NCBI GenBank assembly: GCA_045632025.1
Contig: JAZQVW010000094.1
Coordinates: 1 to 33,171, forward strand
From: Candidatus Avispirillum sp.
GTDB lineage: Bacteria; Bacillota; Clostridia; Oscillospirales; CAG-272
Direction of reading: 5' to 3'
DNA: 33,171 bases
Shown: piece after piece, positions 26,349 through 33,171 of the stretch
How positions within the stretch are numbered: position 1 is the stretch's first letter
Layout of the letters: every line of letters starts with the position of its first letter
Made by a program: the position numbers and the translations under genes
Notes under the pieces: model-generated
Databases searched by the model: none
Told to the model about the DNA's origin: nothing
The model's input: only the letters and a program-made list of their open reading frames with translations

Positions 26349-26677
26349 CATATTGTTTTAGCTGTGAGCTTAATGATCTTTGCCATATTATCGGGCTGGA
26401 CCTTTGCTTCGTGCGCCGCCTTATTTCGGCGGATAGCTCCGCACTTGGTGCATTTATGGATAATGATATATCCTTTTTTTGCATCCGGAACGGCAGAAAC
26501 AGGCTCCATCAGCGCCATACACTCGCTTGCGCGGTCTCCCGGATTTTCGTCCAGATGGCGTGACCACAGACAAAAGGGGCAATGATTTCTTGAGGTGTAG
26601 CCAAGGGGCTCAACCTCCTTGCCGCAATGTCCGCAAACAAAGCCGTTATCGTTTTTGGTAAATCTTCTCTGATCCAT
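26348..26677 (-). CDS. RNHCP domain protein (predicted Zn-binding)
   Basis: F.CGHCG..V.P...SRNHCPFCLWSRH.D..PGDRA..C...M.P...HKC.KCG. Overlaps the cysS stop by 1 nt. Confidence 0.92.
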   Translation of the reverse strand: MDQRRFTKNDNGFVCGHCGKEVEPLGYTSRNHCPFCLWSRHLDENPGDRASECMALMEPVSAVPDAKKGYIIIHKCTKCGAIRRNKAAHEAKVQPDNMAKIIKLTAKTI

Positions 26678-28092
26678 TATACCAGCTTAAACTCCGTGCC
26701 GTCCTTAGTGTCCTTGATAGCAACGCCCATTGCTGTCAATTCGCCTCGGATCTCGTCTGCTCTTGCATAGTCCTTAGCCTTCTTAGCCTCAAGACGCTCT
26801 GCAATGAGAGCCTCGATTTTTGAAAGAAGCTCGGGATCAATATTGGACATAGCGTTTGCCTCTCTTACCTTTGCAGCTGCAGAAAGGAGGTTAAGGCCCA
26901 TAACGTAGTCGATCTTATCAAGAGCTGCAAGCTTATCTGCATCAGAAGCGTCTGTCTTAAGGATATCGTAGATTGCAGTTACAGCAAGAGATGTGTTCAT
27001 ATCGTTATCCATTGCTTCGCCAAAGCCGCGGCAAAGCTCTGCTACGTTTGCTTCATTTGCCTCGCCGGGTGTAAGCTGAGCGATTCTTGCGATCAGCTTA
27101 TCATACGCGATCTTAGCGTTGTCAAGATTCTCATAGGAGAACACAAGGCTCTTTCTGTAGTGAGACTGGAGGCAGAAGAAGCGATAAACGATGGGATCGT
27201 ATCCCTTGGACTCAAGAAGAGAAACTGTGAGGAATTCTCCCTTGGACTTACTCATCTTACCGCTGTTTGTGTTAAGATGAAGAACGTGGAACCAATAGTT
27301 GCACCACTTATGGCCAACAAACGCTTCGCTCTGCGCGATCTCGTTTGTGTGGTGGGGGAATGCATTATCGATACCGCCGCAGTGGATATCAAGATATTCA
27401 CCGAGATGCTTCATGGAAATGCAGGAGCACTCAATATGCCAGCCGGGATAGCCAACGCCCCAGGGGCTGTTCCATTTAAGCTCCTGATCGTCAAACTTAC
27501 TCTTTGTAAACCAAAGAACGAAGTCTGCCTTATTCTTCTTGTTTTCGTCCTTCTCAACGCCCTCGCGAACGCCGTCCTGAAGGTCTTCCTCTTCAAAATT
27601 GTGGAATGCGTAGTAGTTATCAAGCTTGGAAGTATCAAAATAGATATTTCCGCCTGCCTCGTAAGCATAGCCCTTTTCAAGAAGGCCCTTGATGACCTTG
27701 ATAAATTCGCCGATGCACTTTGTAGCAGGCTCAACTACGTCGGGACGCTTGATATTCAGCTTACGGCAATCCTCAAAAAATGCATCCGTATAGAACTTTG
27801 CGATCTCAAGAACTGTTTTGTTTTCTCTTTTTGCGCCCTTGAGCATCTTATCCTCGCCCTCGTCGGCATCGCTTGTGAGATGTCCAACGTCGGTGATGTT
27901 CATAACGCGCTTAACGTCATAGCCAACGTAGCGCAGATACTTTTCAAGAACGTCCTCCATAATATAAGAACGGAGATTTCCGATATGAGCGAAGTGATAA
28001 ACTGTGGGGCCGCAGGTGTACATAGACACCTTGCCGGGCTCATGGGGGACAAACTCCTCTTTTTCGTGACTGAGTGAATTATACAATTTCAT
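26677..28092 (-). CDS. cysS: Cysteine--tRNA ligase
   Basis: Motifs YTCGPTVY..AHIGN, PGWHIECS, DIHCGG.D..FPHH.NEIAQ, KMSKS. Start ATG 28092 follows AAGGAG. Confidence 0.97.
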   Translation of the reverse strand: MKLYNSLSHEKEEFVPHEPGKVSMYTCGPTVYHFAHIGNLRSYIMEDVLEKYLRYVGYDVKRVMNITDVGHLTSDADEGEDKMLKGAKRENKTVLEIAKFYTDAFFEDCRKLNIKRPDVVEPATKCIGEFIKVIKGLLEKGYAYEAGGNIYFDTSKLDNYYAFHNFEEEDLQDGVREGVEKDENKKNKADFVLWFTKSKFDDQELKWNSPWGVGYPGWHIECSCISMKHLGEYLDIHCGGIDNAFPHHTNEIAQSEAFVGHKWCNYWFHVLHLNTNSGKMSKSKGEFLTVSLLESKGYDPIVYRFFCLQSHYRKSLVFSYENLDNAKIAYDKLIARIAQLTPGEANEANVAELCRGFGEAMDNDMNTSLAVTAIYDILKTDASDADKLAALDKIDYVMGLNLLSAAAKVREANAMSNIDPELLSKIEALIAERLEAKKAKDYARADEIRGELTAMGVAIKDTKDGTEFKLV

Positions 28093-29050
28093 TTTGCTTT
28101 TCTCCTTCTTCTTCATAAACCGGCTCTGACATAAAGAAATATGCTATAAACAGAAGCACAAAGCCGATCGAAAGCACAAACAGCATCCAATTTACAAGAA
28201 CCGAGTTCATATCTATAAACTCATAAAGGAAGCTGGTTGAATTAAAGCCTGCGTGCAGGAATATGCACGGCCAAAGGCTGTTATATTTTTCATAGATCAG
28301 CACCATAATGATGCCAAGCACCGCCGCATATGCAACCTGATGCGCGCCACCGCTGTGGGCAAAGCCAAACCAAAGGGCAGAAAGCAGCATTGCCGCCGCT
28401 TTAGGCATTGCCTTTTTCATTCTCGTATAGATAAGACCTCTGAAAAGGATCTCTTCCAGTACGGGAGTCACCACCGCAGTTGCAAAAAAGACCGATGTGG
28501 TTGAGGCATTGCCAAACATATAGTTATATACCTCCTCCGATTCGATCGCCTTCTCAGCAATGGAGGGGATAGCTACGCTTACAAATCCAATAATAAAAAC
28601 CACAAGCACCTGAAGCGCCACGCCGAACAAAAAGGACGCGGGAACAGACAGAAGCTCTGTTTTTCTCAATCCGATCTCACCTGCAAAGCTCTTTTTTCTG
28701 AAAAAGTATATAAGCATATAGACCGTTATGAGAACCAGATAGGATGCTATCATAGCATAGGCATAGTTTTCGGAAAAGACACCCCAATATCTGTCGGAAA
28801 GCTGCATATAGCCCGAAGGGTCATAAAGCTCCTCTCCAACAAGCTGGGCGTCAATAATGCCTGAATAGATGGCCTGCATCACTGCAACAACGCCATAGAA
28901 AAGAGCATAAAAGCCTGCTCCCTTCAAAAGCGCAAGAGCTACGGCACCTGCCTTGGAAGCTTTTCTTTTTTCTTGAATGCTATTTCCGCAAAAGGTACAG
29001 AATTGCTGATTTCCAAACTGCAAGGGATTTCCGCAATATTTGCAGTACAT
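28079..29050 (-). CDS. CPBP (Abi/CAAX) family intramembrane metalloprotease with N-terminal zinc ribbon
   Basis: MYCKYCG...FCTFCG, multiple TM helices, EEILFRG, FGFAH, HAGFN. Confidence 0.9.
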   Translation of the reverse strand: MYCKYCGNPLQFGNQQFCTFCGNSIQEKRKASKAGAVALALLKGAGFYALFYGVVAVMQAIYSGIIDAQLVGEELYDPSGYMQLSDRYWGVFSENYAYAMIASYLVLITVYMLIYFFRKKSFAGEIGLRKTELLSVPASFLFGVALQVLVVFIIGFVSVAIPSIAEKAIESEEVYNYMFGNASTTSVFFATAVVTPVLEEILFRGLIYTRMKKAMPKAAAMLLSALWFGFAHSGGAHQVAYAAVLGIIMVLIYEKYNSLWPCIFLHAGFNSTSFLYEFIDMNSVLVNWMLFVLSIGFVLLFIAYFFMSEPVYEEEGEKQNEIV

Positions 29051-29061
29051 ATTTTTCTCCT

Positions 29062-29787
29062 TTATTTGCCCTCAAGCTCTTTGATCTTAGCTTCCAGCTC
29101 ACGCATCTTATGCTGAATAGCGCAAATCTCCTGAGAAACGGGGTCGGGAATATGAACCTGGTCCAGATCGACCTCGGTTTTCTTGCCTGCCACTCTTACA
29201 ACGTGAGCAGGAATACCAACCGCTGTTGCATTTTCGGGAACGGGACCGAGAACAACGGCGCCTGCCGCGATCTTTGCTCCGTCACCAACTGTGAAGTTTC
29301 CAAGTACCTTTGCGCCTGCTCCCACCATAACGTTGTTTCCAAGTGTGGGGTGACGCTTACCTGTGTCTTTACCTGTACCGCCGAGAGTTACGCCCTGATA
29401 GAGAGTACAGTTATCACCGATGATGGTCGTTTCACCGATAACAACTCCGCTGCCGTGGTCAATAAAAAGTCCCTCTCCGATGGTTGCGCCGGGGTGGATC
29501 TCAATGCCTGTTAAAAATCTTGCCACCTGAGAAATGAAGCGAGCTGTTGTGTACATCTTTTTCTTATAGAATTTATTGGAAACTCTATAAGCCATAATAG
29601 CGTGAAGACCTGAATAAAGAAGCGCCGCCTCAGCGCGGCTCTTAACCGCAGGGTCTCTCTGGCAGATAGCATCAATATCCTTTTTTATATCATCCGCGAA
29701 GGTGATAACGCTCTCGGGCAGATTTCCCGCCGCCTTTGTGAGAGTCTTTTCCACCTCGTCGCGATTCAATTCGATCTTAAATTTCAT
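29062..29787 (-). CDS. cysE: Serine O-acetyltransferase
   Basis: RDPA, TGIEIHPGATIG..LFIDHG.GVVIGET, GVTLGGTGK..GKRHPT, DLDQ..IPDP. Confidence 0.95.
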   Translation of the reverse strand: MKFKIELNRDEVEKTLTKAAGNLPESVITFADDIKKDIDAICQRDPAVKSRAEAALLYSGLHAIMAYRVSNKFYKKKMYTTARFISQVARFLTGIEIHPGATIGEGLFIDHGSGVVIGETTIIGDNCTLYQGVTLGGTGKDTGKRHPTLGNNVMVGAGAKVLGNFTVGDGAKIAAGAVVLGPVPENATAVGIPAHVVRVAGKKTEVDLDQVHIPDPVSQEICAIQHKMRELEAKIKELEGK

Positions 29788-29882
29788 TTTGCCTCCTTCT
29801 CTTCTTTTAAAGAAGGTTTGGGATTAGATTGGTAATATAAGAATAACGCTTCAGCCTCATTCTTAACAAAGACGTTTTCGTT

Positions 29883-30794
29883 TTATTCGTTTGTTTCGTC
29901 CGTCTCCGCCTCGGGAGCCGCTACGTCCTCGGAGGGTGCTTCTATATTCTCGTCTGTGCGAACGATAACACCGTCCTCAAAATATCCGTCTCTGTAAATA
30001 CGTCCGTCGGGCCACTGATAAGTTCCAACACCCCACATAGTATTATTTTTAAACTCGCCCGTATACTTTTCGCCGTTTGCCCATACGTAGACGCCCTGGC
30101 CGCTTCTTACGTCGTTTTCAAAGCTACCCTCGTATTTATCGCCGTTGGCGTATATATAAACGCCCTCGCCGTGCTTTTTATCAGCAACGTAGGTGCCCTC
30201 ATAGGAAGAGCCGTCTGCCCACTGCATCTTGCCCTGCCCCTCTTTTCTGTCGGAAACGTAGGTTCCCTCGTAATAAGAGCCGTCACTTAAAGTATATTTG
30301 CCCTGACCGTCCTTAAGTCCCTTTTTAAAGGTTCCTTCGTAAACGTCACCGTTGGCATAGGTGAGCTTTCCTTCGCCCGTTGCTTCGTCGGCTACAAACT
30401 CGCCCTCGTAAACTCTTCCGTCAGCAAAGGTGAGCTTTCCCTTTCCGTGGCGCACAAGGTCCTGCATCTGGCCCTCGTAAACGTCGCCGTTTGAATACTC
30501 AACGATACCTGTTTCCGTATTAACGCGGGCTGAAAGGCCTGCCTTGGAGCTGCCCTTGCCGCTGAAGGTCATTCTGCCGCTCTTGGGCTGACCGTGAATA
30601 TCAACCGTTCCAACAAAGGTTACGGAATATCCGTCCTTAAAATTGTATCTGGTATATCTGAAGCCTGCAAGATACAAAACGCCCATTACAAGTGCAATAG
30701 CCAGTGAAAGACACACCAGCATCACGATCAGATTGGTTTTTGCGCTGAAGCCGCTTTTCAATTTTCTCTTTTTAGGTGTTTTCTTTTCGCTCAC
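29883..30794 (-). CDS. Membrane-anchored MORN-repeat protein
   Basis: Basic N-terminus and a single TM, then seven full 23-aa repeats (GDxYEGxFxxxxxxGxGxYxxAN) plus a partial one, and an acidic tail. GTG start. Confidence 0.88.
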   Translation of the reverse strand: MSEKKTPKKRKLKSGFSAKTNLIVMLVCLSLAIALVMGVLYLAGFRYTRYNFKDGYSVTFVGTVDIHGQPKSGRMTFSGKGSSKAGLSARVNTETGIVEYSNGDVYEGQMQDLVRHGKGKLTFADGRVYEGEFVADEATGEGKLTYANGDVYEGTFKKGLKDGQGKYTLSDGSYYEGTYVSDRKEGQGKMQWADGSSYEGTYVADKKHGEGVYIYANGDKYEGSFENDVRSGQGVYVWANGEKYTGEFKNNTMWGVGTYQWPDGRIYRDGYFEDGVIVRTDENIEAPSEDVAAPEAETDETNE

Positions 30795-30836
30795 TTTTTT
30801 CGCGTTCCTTTCATTGTACCCTGCAGATATTATCCG

Positions 30837-31415
30837 TTAAAGCTTTTTATAAAGAGTTATAACGGAATCTACAAGCTCAAGAATATAAGGGATGCATCTG
30901 ATAGCAACCACTGCCACGATAAATGCGGCAACGATGCCGATAACTACCGCTCGAAGAGATGTTCCCTTTTCTGTATATCGAAGCTCTGCCTGAATTCGCT
31001 TTTCCTCGAGAATATAGAATTTTGCCTTTGCGGCATCATACTTTTTCTTTCTCTCAATACTGAAAACGCGGCGAGCTCCGCGAATAAATGCGCTCTCCTG
31101 CGCCTGCTCTGTTTCGCATTCCTCAGGATTTGCCACCTTTACGTATTTCGTAAGAGCGCCATCGTAAAAAACAGCGCGGCGGCGTAAAAATCCTGCCTTG
31201 ATGCCTGCATCAGCAAAGGAAAGAGCGGTTTCAGGCGCGTTTGCTCCCTTTTTAACAAGGGAGCGAACAACTGCGCCAAGATAGTTTTTATTATAATACG
31301 AAAGAATTCCCGCAATAACGAATCCCGCAAATATGCCCCAGATGATGATGGGCAAGGTTGTAACGGGATTGTCAAAGGTGAAATTTTCGTAGAAAGCTGC
31401 AAGAGTTACAGTCAT
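30837..31415 (-). CDS. Hypothetical membrane protein (two TM segments around a basic soluble loop)
   Basis: 192-aa ORF starting 8 nt after the serS stop. Hydrophobic stretches LPIIIWGIFAGFVIAGILSY and AVVIGIVAAFIVAVVAI. Confidence 0.75.
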   Translation of the reverse strand: MTVTLAAFYENFTFDNPVTTLPIIIWGIFAGFVIAGILSYYNKNYLGAVVRSLVKKGANAPETALSFADAGIKAGFLRRRAVFYDGALTKYVKVANPEECETEQAQESAFIRGARRVFSIERKKKYDAAKAKFYILEEKRIQAELRYTEKGTSLRAVVIGIVAAFIVAVVAIRCIPYILELVDSVITLYKKL

Positions 31416-31423
31416 AGTATAAC

Positions 31424-32713
31424 TCAGTCGCGGCGAAGAACGTCAACGCCCAGGTACTTACGAAGAACGTCGGGAACGTTTACGCTGCCGTCAGCATTCT
31501 GGTTCTGCTCAACGATTGCAGGAAGGATACGGCTTGTTGCAAGACCGGAGCCGTTAAGTGTGTGAACGAACTCTGTCTTATTGGAGCCATCTCTCTTGAA
31601 GCGGATGGAGCCGCGGCGAGCCTGATAGTCGCGCGCGTTGGAAACGGAAGAAACTTCCTTATAGCCATCCATAGAGGGAATATGGATCTCAACGTCGTAT
31701 GTTCTTGCCATGGATGCAGAGCAGTCTGCAGCTGCAAGCTTAACAGTTCTGAAATGGAAGCCGAGGCCCTTAACAAGAGCTTCTGCCTTGCCTACAAGCT
31801 CCTCGAATGCCGCATCGGAATCCTCGGGCTTTGTATACTGAACCATTTCAACCTTGTTGAACTGGTGACCTCTTACCATACCTCTTTCGTCTGCACGGTA
31901 GGAGCCTGCCTCGCGACGGAAGCAAGGTGTGTAGGAAATATACTTACGGGGCAGGTCTGCCTCTGTAAGGATCTCATCACGGTGGAGAGAAACAAGAGCT
32001 GTTTCAGCTGTGGGAAGCATAAAGAGACGGCGCTCGTCTTCCTTTTCTCTTTCAAGCCAGTAAACCTCGTCTCTGAACTTGGGGAACTGACCTGCTGTCT
32101 GTCCGCACTCGTAGCCGAGCATATGGGGAACGAGAACAAGCTCGTAGCCGTCTGCAAGGTGAGTATCAATAAAGTAGTTAAGAAGCGCCCATTCAAGACG
32201 TGCGCCCATGCCGCGATAGATCCAGAAGCCGTTACCGGAGAGCTTTGTACCTCTCTTATAGTCGATAAGACCGAGGTCTGTACAAATATCAACGTGGTTC
32301 TTGGGCTCGAAATCAAATGTGTGGGGATCGCCGAAATAACGGATAGGCTCATTGTTTTCCTTACCGCCGGGCTTAAGGTCTGTATCGGGAAGGTTGGGGA
32401 GACCGAGCATAAGCTCGTTATACTCTGTTTCGATCTCAGCGATCTTAGCATCGTTTGCCTTGATATCAGCTGCAGGCTCCTTCATCTTTGCGAATACGGG
32501 AGCAACGCCAGCGCCCTCCTTCTTAAGACGGGGAATATCCTTATTAACCTTGTTCTGCTCAGCCTTTTTAGCCTCGTTTTCGGAAATCATAGCGCGGCGC
32601 TGTGAGTCAAGCTCAACGATGCGTTCCACCTCACTTCTTGCTTCCTTGCCCTTAGCTGCAAGACGGGCAATAACGTCTTCTGTATTTTCTCTGATAAGCT
32701 TAATGTCTAACAT
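31424..32713 (-). CDS. serS: Serine--tRNA ligase
   Basis: MLDIKLIREN, LPNLP, TAGQFPKF, PTAETAL, FRREAGS...RGHQFNKVE, EVSSVSN..DYQARR, HTLNGSGLA. Confidence 0.97.
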   Translation of the reverse strand: MLDIKLIRENTEDVIARLAAKGKEARSEVERIVELDSQRRAMISENEAKKAEQNKVNKDIPRLKKEGAGVAPVFAKMKEPAADIKANDAKIAEIETEYNELMLGLPNLPDTDLKPGGKENNEPIRYFGDPHTFDFEPKNHVDICTDLGLIDYKRGTKLSGNGFWIYRGMGARLEWALLNYFIDTHLADGYELVLVPHMLGYECGQTAGQFPKFRDEVYWLEREKEDERRLFMLPTAETALVSLHRDEILTEADLPRKYISYTPCFRREAGSYRADERGMVRGHQFNKVEMVQYTKPEDSDAAFEELVGKAEALVKGLGFHFRTVKLAAADCSASMARTYDVEIHIPSMDGYKEVSSVSNARDYQARRGSIRFKRDGSNKTEFVHTLNGSGLATSRILPAIVEQNQNADGSVNVPDVLRKYLGVDVLRRD

Positions 32714-32761
32714 TTTGGTTTACTCCTAAATTTATACTGAACTAACTAATATATATTTTAT

Positions 32762-32895
32762 CAAGCTTTTTTGAAAAGCTTGCAGGGTGGAGGGACAGCG
32801 TCCCCCTCGTGCACCGCAGTGCACAAAACACCTATTGCACATCGGAGATCCAAGAGGGTACCTCTTGGCGCCTTCCGCAGAAGGCGTTCTCCCGA
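32762..32895. repeat. Composite multi-hairpin intergenic element between parB and serS (copy 2, extended)
   Basis: Five hairpins in a row: CAAGCTTTT/AAAAGCTTG; GAGGGAC-AGC-GTCCCCCTC; GTGCAC-CGCA-GTGCAC; CCAAGAGG/CCTCTTGG; CGCCTTC-CGCA-GAAGGCG. Confidence 0.75.
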
Positions 32896-32897
32896 CC

Positions 32898-33171
32898 TTA
32901 CTCCGCTGTGATATCCTTACCGCAGAGGATGGAAAGCAGACTTTCAAGGTCGCCCTCTCCGCCGTATTCAATGGAGACGGTCTTTCTCTGACCCTTAGTC
33001 TGGATCTTACAGTATCTGCCTGTGAGTCCTGTTACCTTCTTTTCAAGCTCGGCAACGTAGTCCACCTTAACAGGGACGATCTCATCCTCGTCTTCTGTCT
33101 TTTCAGGCTTATTGGCGCGGCGAACGAGAGCCTCTGCCTCACGAACTGAAAGATTGTTGTTGATGATCTTT
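32898..33171 (-). CDS. parB: ParB/Spo0J chromosome partitioning protein, C-terminal part (5' end lies beyond the right edge)
   Basis: Manual translation gives KIINNNLSVREAEALVRR...YVAELEKKVTGLTGRYCKI...KTVSIEY...DLESLL...*, matching the Spo0J C-terminal pattern. parB upstream of serS is a common clostridial arrangement. Confidence 0.8.
   Translation of the reverse strand, partial: KIINNNLSVREAEALVRRANKPEKTEDEDEIVPVKVDYVAELEKKVTGLTGRYCKIQTKGQRKTVSIEYGGEGDLESLLSILCGKDITAE

Noticed and set aside
32714-32897. T-box riboswitch upstream of serS
   Set aside because: No T-box consensus, specifier-loop motifs or terminator/antiterminator pair could be identified.
32787-33149. 120-aa plus ORF and 79-aa minus ORF (32732-32971)
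   Set aside because: They overlap the parB 3' end and the palindromic element, and have no coding features of their own.

Overview
Mostly housekeeping chromosome from a Firmicute; gene content and gene order (zapA-U32-dut, maf-mreBCD-pbp2, DUF1385-prmC, parB-serS) point to class Clostridia. From left to right on the minus strand: a sugar-phosphate isomerase/epimerase-family gene (cut by the window edge), then proA and proB. Next is an 11 kb plus-strand run: zapA, U32-family hydroxylase, dut, maf, mreB, mreC, mreD, PBP2, nth, DUF1385, prmC. It is followed by an AT-rich patch with an orphan lipoprotein, an EamA transporter and a PlsC-like acyltransferase. The rest is on the minus strand: rimP-nusA-ylxR-ylxQ-infB; a three-gene esterase/esterase/ATP-grasp operon; and a run of parB (3' end only), serS, a membrane protein, a MORN-repeat protein, cysE, a Zn-ribbon CPBP protease, cysS, RNHCP and DUF1653. 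I see no rRNA, tRNA, CRISPR array, transposase, integrase or phage gene. The best candidates for undescribed biology are: (1) the ATP-grasp plus two alpha/beta-hydrolase operon, which has its own operator-containing promoter and a structured leader; (2) a heptamer-built inverted-repeat element between dut and maf; (3) two copies of a composite palindromic element with compensatory stem changes, one sitting where a serS T-box would be expected; (4) unusual long extensions on ZapA and MreD. All calls come from reading motifs by eye; no database search was run.
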